Position numbers and translations under genes: made by a program. From Selenomonadaceae bacterium (GTDB lineage: Bacteria > Bacillota > Negativicutes > Selenomonadales > Selenomonadaceae): a stretch of 64,000 bases of DNA. Shown one piece after another: positions 1 through 9,506 of this stretch; the first letter of the stretch is position 1, and each line of letters starts with the position of its first letter. The notes beneath the pieces were generated by a model. The model had not been told where the DNA came from. It saw only the letters and a list, made by a program, of their open reading frames with translations, and did no database searches. The stretch is taken from assembly GCA_963678095.2 (NCBI GenBank), contig CAXXXP010000001.1, positions 301,525 to 365,524 of the forward strand. The letters run 5' to 3'.

Positions 1-891
1 GATTTTGACCGGTTGAAGGGCTGCTATGAGCGGGCAGATATTATGCCGCTCGGAGCGGGCGCGCTGGCAGGGACGACCTTCCCGATTGATCGGGAGTATG
101 TGGCGGCTCAGCTGAATTTTGAAGCGGTTTATACGAACAGTCTCGATGCGGTTAGTGACCGTGATTATATTCTTGAGTTTTTGGCGGCAGCTTCTATCTT
201 GATGATGCATCTGAGCCGCCTCAGCGAGGAAATTATTCTCTGGTGCTCCCGGGAGTTTTCCTTTATCGAGCTGGATGATGCGCACTGTACCGGTTCGAGC
301 ATGATGCCGCAGAAGAAGAACCCGGATGTATCGGAGCTTGTTCGCGGAAAAACCGGTCGTGTTATCGGTCATCTGATGGCCATGCTGACAACGGCGAAAG
401 GACTGCCGCTGGCATACAACAAGGATTTGCAGGAAGATAAGGAAGGCCTGTTTGATACCATTGATACCGTAAAATTCAGTCTGGCTGTTTATGCCCAGAT
501 GATGCGGGGGATGAAAGTCAACAAGGACAATATGCGCAAGGCTGTCAGTGAGGATTTTTCAAATGCGACAGATTTGGCCGATTATCTTGTCAAAAAGGGA
601 CTGCCATTCCGGCAGGCACACGAAGTAGCAGGCAAAGCCGTTCATTTTTGCATTGAGCAGAAAAAGTGGCTGCAGGATCTGACGACAGCTGAATTCAAGG
701 CGCTTTCCCCGCTCTTTGAAGAAGACATCCGGGAGGCGATTCAGCCGGAAACCTGCGTGAAAAACCGCAATTCTCTGGGCGGAACTTCCTATCATCAGGT
801 CGATACCCAGCTCGCCTTGGCTAAAGACCTCTTGTCAGTACAGCAAAAGCTGACCGAGCAGGCCAGGCAGAAACAAATATATATTGATTGA
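1..891 (+). CDS. argH: argininosuccinate lyase, C-terminal part (5' end lies outside the window)
   Basis: The reading frame is open to the window edge. It carries the fumarate-lyase family signature [12 protein letters not shown] and an ASL-like C-terminal domain. Confidence 0.9.
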   Translation, partial: DFDRLKGCYERADIMPLGAGALAGTTFPIDREYVAAQLNFEAVYTNSLDAVSDRDYILEFLAAASILMMHLSRLSEEIILWCSREFSFIELDDAHCTGSSMMPQKKNPDVSELVRGKTGRVIGHLMAMLTTAKGLPLAYNKDLQEDKEGLFDTIDTVKFSLAVYAQMMRGMKVNKDNMRKAVSEDFSNATDLADYLVKKGLPFRQAHEVAGKAVHFCIEQKKWLQDLTTAEFKALSPLFEEDIREAIQPETCVKNRNSLGGTSYHQVDTQLALAKDLLSVQQKLTEQARQKQIYID

Positions 892-897
892 TTGCGG

Positions 898-953
898 CCC
901 TGCTGTATGTACTGGATTTTACCGGCTACATGCAGCAGGGTTGTTTGTGTTTT
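898..953 (+). terminator. intrinsic terminator after argH
   Basis: A 14-bp stem (ccctgctgtatgta / tacatgcagcaggg, one G-U pair) is followed by a T-rich run. Confidence 0.7.
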
Positions 954-1045
954 AATTAAAGTGACAGGCTGAAAATAAATGACCTCTGCCAGAATATGAT
1001 ATTGTAAAGGAAGAAAATAAAATTCAGAAAATGTACAGTTATTCC

Positions 1046-1074
1046 TTGACGGTTACATAAACAGGGCATATAAT
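1046..1074 (+). promoter_or_regulatory. sigma-A type promoter for ilvE
   Basis: TTGACG, a 17-nt spacer, then TATAAT. Confidence 0.5.
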
Positions 1075-1138
1075 GTATACATTATATTTCGGTAGGAGAA
1101 GTATAGAAACTTTTTAATAGTATAAGGGGATGTATTTG

Positions 1139-2209
1139 ATGGCTGAAATCAGATTTGTAAAGGCAGATATGCTGAAGGAAAAACCCGATGTAGCAAAAAT
1201 TGCTTTTGGTACGCATTTTACAGATTATATGTTTGAAATGGATTACAATCCAACAGCAGGCTGGCACGATCCGCGTATTGTACCGTATCGCGACATCACC
1301 GTGAGTCCGGCGAATACGACGCTGCATTATGGCCAGGCAATTTTTGAAGGCATGAAGGCTTTCCGTCAAGGGGGAAAGGTCGTTATTTTCCGGACGCTGG
1401 ATCATTTAAATCGTTTAAACAATTCGGCCCGACTGCTCGACATCCCGGAAGTTGATGTGGACACAGTCCACCAGGGCTTGCGGCAGCTAATTGCTACGGA
1501 GAAAGCTTGGGTGCCGACGGCAAAAGGGCAGAGCCTGTACATTCGCCCGTTTATTTTTGCTACGGATCCATATCTTGGGGTCAATGTCAGCTCCACCTAT
1601 AAGCTGCTGATCATCCTCTCGCCAGTTGCTGCCTATTATGCCAATGGATTTGCCCCGGTCAAAATCATGGTCGAGGACAAATATGTCCGTGCCGTCCGTG
1701 GGGGCCTTGGGGAAGCGAAGACACCAGCAAATTATGCGGCCAGTCTTCATGCTGGACTGGTAGCGCATCAAAAGGGCTATGACCAGACGCTTTGGCTTGA
1801 CGGGGTAGAACGCAAATATATTGAAGAAGTGGGTTCGATGAACATTTTGTTTAAGATCAAAGGCGAGATCGTAACCCCGGAACTCGATGGCAGCATTCTC
1901 AGCGGGATCACCCGCCGGACAGTGCTGGCTGTGGCTCGCCAGTGGGGTCTGCAGGCCGTCGAACGCCGGATCTCAATCGATGAGATAAAAACGGCACATG
2001 AAAATGGGGATCTGGAGGAAGTGTTTGGCTCAGGAACGGCAGCGGTTATTTCACCGGTAGGCGTTCTTGGCTATAAAGGGGAAGACATGGTGATTGGTAA
2101 TGGAAAGATAGGAGAATTTTCCCAAAAAATGTTTGACCACATCACGGGCCTGCAATGCGGAGAAGTAGAGGATACGCAGGGATTTATTGAGGTTGTGGCG
2201 CAAATCTAA
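1139..2209 (+). CDS. ilvE: branched-chain amino acid aminotransferase (class IV)
   Basis: The ~356-aa ORF has typical IlvE motifs (IFEGMKAF, EEVGSMNI, GTAAVISPV). The ATG at 1139 has better spacing from the AAGGGGA RBS than the ATG at 1130. Confidence 0.9.
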   Translation: MAEIRFVKADMLKEKPDVAKIAFGTHFTDYMFEMDYNPTAGWHDPRIVPYRDITVSPANTTLHYGQAIFEGMKAFRQGGKVVIFRTLDHLNRLNNSARLLDIPEVDVDTVHQGLRQLIATEKAWVPTAKGQSLYIRPFIFATDPYLGVNVSSTYKLLIILSPVAAYYANGFAPVKIMVEDKYVRAVRGGLGEAKTPANYAASLHAGLVAHQKGYDQTLWLDGVERKYIEEVGSMNILFKIKGEIVTPELDGSILSGITRRTVLAVARQWGLQAVERRISIDEIKTAHENGDLEEVFGSGTAAVISPVGVLGYKGEDMVIGNGKIGEFSQKMFDHITGLQCGEVEDTQGFIEVVAQI

Positions 2210-2228
2210 CCAAATAGGGGTTTGGAAT

Positions 2229-2275
2229 AATGGCCTGAGGGACGGAGTGAGATCTGTTTCTTTAGGCCATTTTTG
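2229..2275 (+). terminator. intrinsic terminator after ilvE
   Basis: The stem aatggcct / aggccatt is followed by tttt. Confidence 0.55.
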
Positions 2276-2367
2276 TATGATTTTTTTTTCGGGGACAGGA
2301 TTTTGCCGGTAAAAAAGAGAATATGGATAAAAGAGGATTTTTTAATAATAAATTGAGGGGTTTTATT

Positions 2368-3189
2368 ATGCCAATACAGGTTAAAGGATTATTATCAACC
2401 ATAAGCTTCCTTGATTTAGTCGATATTCTGATCGTGGCAATTATTTTATATAAATTATATGAAATGCTCCAAGATACGCGGGCTATTACGCTTGTCAAAG
2501 GATTAATTGTTCTGTTAGGGCTTACGATGGTCAGCAATTGGCTAGGTCTGCATGTGATTTTCTGGCTGCTGCAAAAAACCGTGACGCTGCTCTTTGTTGC
2601 TTTGCCAATTGTGTTTCAGCCAGAGCTGAGGCGGACGCTGGAGCACCTTGGGCAGGGGCGTTTTTTTGCCCGATCGATCTTCCTGAATGACGAGGAAGCG
2701 CGATCACTTGTCAATGAACTTGACAAGGCCGTAAAAATACTGTCACGCAACAAGATCGGAGCCCTGCTCGTCTTAGAACGCGAAATAGGACTCAATGATA
2801 TATGTGCTACCGGTATCCAGATCGACGGGTTGGTAACTTCGGAATTTTTAATGAACGTATTTATTCCCAATACGCCGCTGCATGACGGGGCGGCTGTTAT
2901 AAGGGGCAAACGCATGGTAGCCGCCGGCTGTCTGTTGCCGCTCACCGATGACCGATCCCTGAGTACGGAGCTTGGGACACGCCATCGGGCGGCGATCGGC
3001 TTATCGGAGCAAAGCGATGCGATTATCGTTGTTGTCAGTGAAGAAACAGGCACGATTTCAATTGCGCAGGATGGCAAGATATACCGCCATCTTGATTCGG
3101 AAAAGCTAAAACAGAAACTACAGCCTTTATTCGCACCGGAGAAAATGAACATTAAGGATGTTGTGGCGAATTGGAGGCAGGGCAAATGA
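2368..3189 (+). CDS. cdaA: diadenylate cyclase CdaA (c-di-AMP synthase)
   Basis: Three N-terminal TM helices plus a DisA_N/DAC domain with LHDGAAVI and LGTRHRAAIGLSEQSDA motifs. The RBS GAGGGG lies upstream of the ATG at 2368. Confidence 0.9.
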   Translation: MPIQVKGLLSTISFLDLVDILIVAIILYKLYEMLQDTRAITLVKGLIVLLGLTMVSNWLGLHVIFWLLQKTVTLLFVALPIVFQPELRRTLEHLGQGRFFARSIFLNDEEARSLVNELDKAVKILSRNKIGALLVLEREIGLNDICATGIQIDGLVTSEFLMNVFIPNTPLHDGAAVIRGKRMVAAGCLLPLTDDRSLSTELGTRHRAAIGLSEQSDAIIVVVSEETGTISIAQDGKIYRHLDSEKLKQKLQPLFAPEKMNIKDVVANWRQGK

Positions 3190-4106
3190 TGAATATTATC
3201 CAGAGAAATCTGCCAGCTAAGATCATCGCGTTGGTGGCAGCCGTTGCCTTATGGTTTTTTGTCATGACGGAGCAAAATCCGATGATTGAAAGTAGTTATA
3301 CGGTGCCGCTTACGGTTGTTAATGCGCCAGCCGGGTATAAAATCACAAAAGATGTCGATGAAATCAAAATCAAGGTCCGCGGGCAGAGATCCTTGTTTGC
3401 AACGGCTTTGGCGACCGATTTTAAGGTGTACGTTGATTTGCAGGGAATTGAAGAGGGAAAACAGCAGGTCAAGGTACAGTCGGTGCTGCCACAGGGGTTT
3501 GAATTTATTGAAACCTCTCCGGAGACCGTGACGTTTGTTGTCGATAAGATTATCCAGAAGCAGATGAAGACGGAAATTCTTGTTGCTGGAAGCCCGGCTG
3601 CCGGGATGACAGTTGATAAAATCACGCCGTCATTACAAACGGTGATGATTGAAGGCCCACGGGAGGCGGTCAATGCAGTCGCCCGGGTAGTGGGAACCGT
3701 TGCTTTTTCTGCCAATGATGCGGATTTTAAAGTATCTGTCCCTCTCCAGGCGGTCAATGAAGAGGGCAAGGAAGTGTCCGACGTCCATGTATTGCCACAG
3801 GTTGTAGATACAAATGTCAGCCTGGTTCATGGGCAGGTCAAAAAGATGGTCGCGGTCAAAGCGGCTGTCGGGTCGGATTTACCCGCGGGCTATATCCTCA
3901 ATGGGGTAAAAACGGACCCGGCGAAGATCGAAATATCCGGCGAAGAAAAGCTGCTTGAATCGGTGAACTCGGTAGAAACAGAGCTGATTTCATTGGCGGA
4001 TGTAAATGGACCGGTAAAGCGCGAGGTGAAAATCAAGCTGCAGCCGGGAATTGCCGTGACAAATAAGAGCATAAATGTTACTATTGATGTTGCAGAAAAA
4101 AAGTAA
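3186..4106 (+). CDS. cdaR: CdaA regulatory protein CdaR (YbbR-domain protein)
   Basis: N-terminal TM anchor followed by repeated YbbR-like beta domains. The start codon overlaps the cdaA stop (ATGA). This is the conserved position after cdaA. Confidence 0.8.
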   Translation: MMNIIQRNLPAKIIALVAAVALWFFVMTEQNPMIESSYTVPLTVVNAPAGYKITKDVDEIKIKVRGQRSLFATALATDFKVYVDLQGIEEGKQQVKVQSVLPQGFEFIETSPETVTFVVDKIIQKQMKTEILVAGSPAAGMTVDKITPSLQTVMIEGPREAVNAVARVVGTVAFSANDADFKVSVPLQAVNEEGKEVSDVHVLPQVVDTNVSLVHGQVKKMVAVKAAVGSDLPAGYILNGVKTDPAKIEISGEEKLLESVNSVETELISLADVNGPVKREVKIKLQPGIAVTNKSINVTIDVAEKK

Positions 4107-4126
4107 GGATATAAGGAGGGTACAGT

Positions 4127-5731
4127 TTGCTACGCATTACGAATTTTAATGTACCTTTTGATGATACAGTGGCATTGACGGAACTTGCGGCCAAACGATT
4201 GAAGTTACCACCTCAAGCGGTGCTTGAGGTGGTAATTGTTCGTAAGGCGGTTGATGCAAGGCGCTATAAAAATGCCCCGATTCAGTTTGTCTATGTGCTT
4301 GATGTCAAAGTTACCGGCAGTGAAGACAAGATCCTGGCAAAATTGCATCGGGATAAACAGGTGGCACGGGTTGAAAGCGCTGCGGCGCAGCCGGTGAATT
4401 CAGGAAAAAAAGTGCTGCCGGAACGGCCGGTAGTCGTCGGCTTTGGTCCGGCGGGAATGTTTGCGGCCCTGACTCTGGCGCAAAACGGCTATAAACCGTT
4501 GGTGCTCGAGCGTGGGCGCGATGTTGACCGCCGGCAGGCGGACATTGCAAACTTTTGGGCGGGCGGGCAGCTGGACCCCGAGTCAAATGTCCAGTTTGGC
4601 GAAGGCGGAGCGGGGACGTTTTCTGACGGCAAGCTGACGACCCGCATCAGTGATAGCAACATGCAGCAGGTGCTGGAATCCTTTATCGCGGCCGGGGCGC
4701 CGCCAGAAATCAAATACCTGCACAAACCGCATATCGGCACGGATATTTTGCGGACGGTGGTCAAAAATATCCGCCGGGAAATTATTCGTCTTGGCGGTGA
4801 GGTGCGGTTTGAAGCCAAAGTAGAGGATATCGTCATTGATAACGGCCGCCTGACGGCGGTAACCATTGCCGGTGGGGAAAAAATATCTTGCTGTGCCTTG
4901 CTGCTGGGAATCGGGCACAGTGCGCGGGATACGTATGCCATGCTTCGGCAACGGCAGGTGGCAATGGAGGCAAAACCCTTTGCAATCGGGGTGCGGATTG
5001 AACATCCGCAGGAAATTATAGACCGGGCACAGTATGGCGCGGATGCCGGAGATCCCCGGTTGCCGGTAGCGGATTACGCCCTGACCTTTCAGGATCGTGA
5101 AAGCGGCCGTGGTGCTTATTCTTTTTGCATGTGCCCGGGAGGACTGGTGGTTGCGGCCGCATCGGAAACTGGCGGGGTGGTCACAAATGGCATGAGCAAT
5201 TATCAGCGCAATTCCGGCATTGCCAACAGTGCCTTGCTGGTCACGGTTGGCCCGGAGGACTTTGGTAAAGATGTTCTTGCCGGCATAGAATTTCAGCGTG
5301 AATGGGAGCAAAAGGCGTTTCGCTGTGCTGGCAGCGACTATCGCGCGCCGGTTCAGAGTGTGGGTGATTTTCTTGCCGGATCGACAGGCTCGACCGATTT
5401 TTTGACCAGGCCGACGTATGCGCCAGGCGTTAAAGCGGTTGACCTCAGACAATGCCTGCCGGACTTTGTGACGGGTACGCTGTTTCGGGCATTGCCGCAT
5501 TTTGACAGGAAAATCAAGGGTTTTGCCGATCACGGCGCCCTGATGACGGGCGTGGAGATGCGTTCCTCGGCGCCCTGCCGGATCCGCCGCGGGCGGGAAA
5601 GCTATGTGTCAGAAAATACCGAGGGACTTTATCCGATCGGTGAGGGCGCGGGGTATGCCGGCGGCATCATGAGCGCGGCCGTCGACGGTATGAATGCGGC
5701 GTTGGCTGTTATCAGACAATATAAACTGTAA
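4127..5731 (+). CDS. FAD-dependent oxidoreductase (uncharacterised COG2509-like family)
   Basis: Dinucleotide-binding motif VVGFGPAGMFAA and a 534-aa architecture typical of the clostridial 'NAD(FAD)-utilizing dehydrogenase' family. TTG start, 6 nt after AAGGAGGG. Confidence 0.7.
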   Translation: MLRITNFNVPFDDTVALTELAAKRLKLPPQAVLEVVIVRKAVDARRYKNAPIQFVYVLDVKVTGSEDKILAKLHRDKQVARVESAAAQPVNSGKKVLPERPVVVGFGPAGMFAALTLAQNGYKPLVLERGRDVDRRQADIANFWAGGQLDPESNVQFGEGGAGTFSDGKLTTRISDSNMQQVLESFIAAGAPPEIKYLHKPHIGTDILRTVVKNIRREIIRLGGEVRFEAKVEDIVIDNGRLTAVTIAGGEKISCCALLLGIGHSARDTYAMLRQRQVAMEAKPFAIGVRIEHPQEIIDRAQYGADAGDPRLPVADYALTFQDRESGRGAYSFCMCPGGLVVAAASETGGVVTNGMSNYQRNSGIANSALLVTVGPEDFGKDVLAGIEFQREWEQKAFRCAGSDYRAPVQSVGDFLAGSTGSTDFLTRPTYAPGVKAVDLRQCLPDFVTGTLFRALPHFDRKIKGFADHGALMTGVEMRSSAPCRIRRGRESYVSENTEGLYPIGEGAGYAGGIMSAAVDGMNAALAVIRQYKL

Positions 5732-5776
5732 GTTCAATATAATAGATACTACATGTAAGTAAGGAGAGAATAATCT

Positions 5777-7123
5777 ATGGCTAGACTTTTTGGAACAGAT
5801 GGGGTGCGCGGTGAAGCCAACCTCGAATTGACACCGGAGCTGGCGTACCGCCTTGGACGGGCCGCTACTTTGTTTTTTGGTGAGGATACGCAGCAACCAG
5901 TAATTTTGATCGGGCGCGATACGCGCATCTCGGGGCAGATGTTTGAATCGGCTTTGGCTGCAGGTATTTGCTCAGCTGGCGGTAAGGCTGTCGCTACTGG
6001 TGTGATCCCGACCCCGGCGATTGCCTATCTTGCCAAGAAAATGCAGGCACAGGCAGGGATTGTAATTTCAGCCTCCCACAATCCGTTTTATGACAATGGC
6101 ATCAAATTTTTTGGCGGTGATGGCTACAAGCTGCCGGATGAAGTTGAGGATCAGCTGGAGGCGCTTGTTCATTCGATCGCCAAGGATGATCAGCTTTACC
6201 GGGCAAGCGGTGCCGAGGTTGGCACGGTGGAATATCGTCATGATCTTGTCAAGGAATACATAGATTTTGTCACGGCGACGACTAAGGAACGTTTCGAAGG
6301 GATGAAAGTTGTTCTTGACTGTGCCAATGGAGCCGCTTATGAAGCGATGCCGACGATACTGCGCCGTTTAGGAGCGGAAGTCGTTGTGCTGCATAATAAA
6401 CCAAATGGCAAAAATATCAATGATCACTGCGGTTCGACGCATCTAGATGTAATTCAGCAAGCTGTAGTGGAACATCAGGCGGATCTTGGGATTGCCCACG
6501 ATGGCGATGCCGATCGCTGTCTATGCGTTGACGAAAAGGGTGATATCATTGATGGCGACCGCATCCTCGTCATGTGCGCGGTTGAAATGATGAAAAGCGG
6601 TACGCTTAAGGGCAATACCGTCGTATCGACGGTTATGGCCAATATAGGCTTTCATCAGGCAATCAAAGAAGCCGGTGGCCGGGTTGAAGTTACTGCCGTC
6701 GGGGACCGATATGTACTTGAGAATATGCTGGCCAATGGCTATAACCTTGGCGGTGAGCAGTCCGGACATGTGATCTTCAGTGAGTTCAGCACAACCGGAG
6801 ACGGGCTTATCACTGGACTGCAGGTATTAAGCTCGGTAAAGCGCAGCGGGAAGAAGGCCTCGGCCTTGTCTGGTCTGATGAAAAGCTATCCGCAGCTGCT
6901 CGTGAACATGCGTGTAGCTACGAAGGATGGCTGGGAAGAAAATGAAGCCATTGCCCAATCGATTGCCGAAGGCAATCAGGAGCTTGGTGACAGCGGACGT
7001 ATTCTGGTAAGGGCTTCCGGTACAGAACCACTGATCCGGGTGATGGCGGAAGGACCCGATCAGCAGCAGCTCGACGTGATCTGCCACCGGATTGCGGCAG
7101 TAGTAAAAAAAGAACAGGGCTGA
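5777..7123 (+). CDS. glmM: phosphoglucosamine mutase
   Basis: Active-site SASHNPFYDNGIKFF and the metal-binding motif DGDADR. Confidence 0.93.
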   Translation: MARLFGTDGVRGEANLELTPELAYRLGRAATLFFGEDTQQPVILIGRDTRISGQMFESALAAGICSAGGKAVATGVIPTPAIAYLAKKMQAQAGIVISASHNPFYDNGIKFFGGDGYKLPDEVEDQLEALVHSIAKDDQLYRASGAEVGTVEYRHDLVKEYIDFVTATTKERFEGMKVVLDCANGAAYEAMPTILRRLGAEVVVLHNKPNGKNINDHCGSTHLDVIQQAVVEHQADLGIAHDGDADRCLCVDEKGDIIDGDRILVMCAVEMMKSGTLKGNTVVSTVMANIGFHQAIKEAGGRVEVTAVGDRYVLENMLANGYNLGGEQSGHVIFSEFSTTGDGLITGLQVLSSVKRSGKKASALSGLMKSYPQLLVNMRVATKDGWEENEAIAQSIAEGNQELGDSGRILVRASGTEPLIRVMAEGPDQQQLDVICHRIAAVVKKEQG

Positions 7124-7166
7124 TGCTTGACTATTGCCCTCGGATATATTAGAATATGCAACAGGC

Positions 7167-7195
7167 AAAGGAGCACATTTGTGCTCCTTTGTATT
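7167..7195 (+). terminator. hairpin/terminator after glmM
   Basis: aaaggagcac-attt-gtgctccttt with a weak T tract. Confidence 0.45.
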
Positions 7196-7281
7196 AGTGA
7201 ATAAGCAAGATAAATTCATCCTGTGTTTGTTTTGTTTTTGCAGGAGGTGGAATCGTTTTTTACTGAAAGGGTAGCAATACT

Positions 7282-7465
7282 TTAGCGCTAGCTCTTGCCA
7301 TGGGCAAGAGGACGAGGAAGAGGTTGTCGAATCATCAGCGGATGCCTCTCGGCCGGATCGGGTCGATACATACTGCCAAAACTGTCGAGTGATCGGCAGG
7401 ACAATACAGTTATGGAGATACACAACAGGATAAGGACGGCAGGTCGCTCGGCGCCTGTACCGTAA
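7282..7465 (+). ncRNA. glmS leader: glmS ribozyme (GlcN6P-activated self-cleaving leader)
   Basis: Lies directly upstream of glmS. AGCGC sits at the expected cleavage site. The core GACGAGGAAGAGGTTGTCGAATCATCAGCGGATGCCTCTCGGCCGG closely matches the conserved glmS ribozyme core (GACGAGGA..GG.UAUCGAAU..UCGGCGGAUGCC.CCCGGC). Confidence 0.85.
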
Positions 7466-7502
7466 AAATAGGCAATATGCAAAAAATGGAGGCACTATAT
7501 TT

Positions 7503-9332
7503 ATGTGTGGTATCGTTGGCTATGTAGGTGCAAAACAAGCAGCACCGTTTCTTATCGAAGGCTTGACAAGACTTGAATATCGCGGGTATGATTCCGCTGG
7601 TATCGCGGTATTTGATGGTGAAAAAATCAATGTGGAAAAAACGGTGGGGCGCCTGGCCTCGCTTAAGGAAAAAATCGAAGGCTGTGTGCCGCAGGGGCTA
7701 GTGGGAATCGGGCATACGCGTTGGGCGACACATGGTCGTCCGTCGGATCGCAACTCGCATCCGCATACCGATTGCAGCGGCGATTTTGTCGTAGTTCATA
7801 ACGGCATTATCGAAAATTATCTCTCCCTGAAGGAAGCTCTGATCAAAAAGGGCCATGAATTCAAATCGGAAACGGATACGGAAGTATTGGCTCATTTGTT
7901 AGAAGAACTTTATAAGGGCGATTTCGAAGCGGCTGTGCGCGAAGTGCTCAAGCGCATTGAGGGTTCCTATGCGCTCGTGTTTATGTCGAAGCATGATCCG
8001 GATCGTTTGATCTGCACGAAGAAAGACAACCCGCTTGTCATCGGTCTCGGCGACGGTGAAAATTTCATCGCCTCGGATATTCCGGCGATTATTGCCCGCA
8101 CGCGCCGTACCTATATTATCAATGACGGTGAGATGGCAGTTGTCAAAAAAGATTCGGTATGGATCACCAACCGTGAAGGCCAGCCGGTTACGAAAAAAGT
8201 ATTTGAAGTGAACTGGAATGCTGAAGCGGCTGAAAAAGGCGGCTATGAGCATTTCATGCTCAAGGAAATCCATGAACAGCCAAGAGCTGTCCGTGAAACG
8301 ATGTCGGCTCGTCTGGCGAAGGACAACAGTGCCATCGTTATGGACGAACTCAAATGGAACAAGGAATACCTGGAATCCTTCCATAAGATCTTCATTGTAG
8401 CCTGCGGCACAGCCTATCATGCTGGACTTGTCGGCAAATATTATATTGAAAAACTTGTGCGTATTCCGGTTGAAGTCGATATTGCCTCGGAATTCCGTTA
8501 CCGTTCGCCGATTATCGATGAGCGCACTCTGACGATTGTTGTCAGCCAGTCTGGAGAAACCAGCGATACGCTGGCAGCCCTTAAAGAATCAAAACGCCTT
8601 GGCGCTAAGACTCTGGCCATAACGAACGTTGTTGGATCTTCCATTGCCCGTGAAGCGGATCAGGTTGTTTACACCTGGGCTGGCCCGGAGATTGCGGTAG
8701 CCTCGACCAAAGCTTACACAACGCAGCTGATCATGATGTTCATGCTGGCCATGTACATGGGCGGTATCAAGGGTACGGTTGCCCCGGAACGGACACAGGA
8801 GCTCTTGGCCCAGCTGCGCCATATTCCGGCACAGATCAGTGAAACGCTCGAAGATGTAGAGCCGATCAAGACCTTTGCCAAGGAATACGGCTTCTGTGAG
8901 GATGTATTCTTCATTGGCCGTTCCCTGGACTATGATGTAGCTCTTGAAGGGGCGCTCAAGCTTAAGGAGATTTCCTACATTCACGCGGAAGCCTATGCTG
9001 CCGGTGAGCTTAAGCACGGCACGCTGGCCCTGATCATCGAAGGCGTTCCGGTTATTGCTTTGGCGACGCAGCGCGATGTCTATGAAAAGACGCTGAGCAA
9101 TATCAAAGAAGTAAAAGCCCGCGATGCTGTCGTTATCGGAATTGCAGCGCAGGATGACATGGAACTGGAAAAATATGTAGATCATGTAATCAAGGTTCCG
9201 CAGACGGATGAATTGCTGATTCCGCTCTTGACGGTAGTACCGCTCCAGCTGCTGGCTTATTATGCTTCGCTGACCAGAGGTTGCGATGTCGATAAACCGC
9301 GTAATCTGGCAAAATCAGTAACTGTAGAATAA
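7503..9332 (+). CDS. glmS: glutamine--fructose-6-phosphate aminotransferase
   Basis: N-terminal MCGIVGY nucleophile, two SIS domains, and the C-terminal KSVTVE. Confidence 0.95.
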   Translation: MCGIVGYVGAKQAAPFLIEGLTRLEYRGYDSAGIAVFDGEKINVEKTVGRLASLKEKIEGCVPQGLVGIGHTRWATHGRPSDRNSHPHTDCSGDFVVVHNGIIENYLSLKEALIKKGHEFKSETDTEVLAHLLEELYKGDFEAAVREVLKRIEGSYALVFMSKHDPDRLICTKKDNPLVIGLGDGENFIASDIPAIIARTRRTYIINDGEMAVVKKDSVWITNREGQPVTKKVFEVNWNAEAAEKGGYEHFMLKEIHEQPRAVRETMSARLAKDNSAIVMDELKWNKEYLESFHKIFIVACGTAYHAGLVGKYYIEKLVRIPVEVDIASEFRYRSPIIDERTLTIVVSQSGETSDTLAALKESKRLGAKTLAITNVVGSSIAREADQVVYTWAGPEIAVASTKAYTTQLIMMFMLAMYMGGIKGTVAPERTQELLAQLRHIPAQISETLEDVEPIKTFAKEYGFCEDVFFIGRSLDYDVALEGALKLKEISYIHAEAYAAGELKHGTLALIIEGVPVIALATQRDVYEKTLSNIKEVKARDAVVIGIAAQDDMELEKYVDHVIKVPQTDELLIPLLTVVPLQLLAYYASLTRGCDVDKPRNLAKSVTVE

Positions 9333-9337
9333 CCATA

Positions 9338-9372
9338 AAGAGCTGCCGTAGCTTACGGTGGCTCTTTTTTTA
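9338..9372 (+). terminator. intrinsic terminator after glmS
   Basis: aagagctgccgta-gc-ttacggtggctctt followed by a T7 run. Confidence 0.7.
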
Positions 9373-9506
9373 AAAAAAAGGACCAGGTCATTGACAAAAG
9401 CATAAAAAACGTACTATCATATATAACAATAACTTTTGAAATCTGTTTTTGAACGTGAAAAGGATTTTGACAAAGGTTTTCGAATTTTTTTAGAAAAGAA
9501 GGGGTT

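Noticed and set aside
7288-7482. A minus-strand 64-aa ORF, and the 6827..7495 222-aa ORF, between glmM and glmS.
   Set aside because: They overlap the glmS ribozyme and the glmM 3' end on the opposite strand. The region is explained by the ribozyme.
9370-9506. A possible purine riboswitch or PurR box upstream of the IMPDH-family gene.
   Set aside because: The region shows only promoter-like hexamers (TTGACA..TATCAT). It has none of the conserved purine-riboswitch loop motifs, and there is no convincing PurBox.
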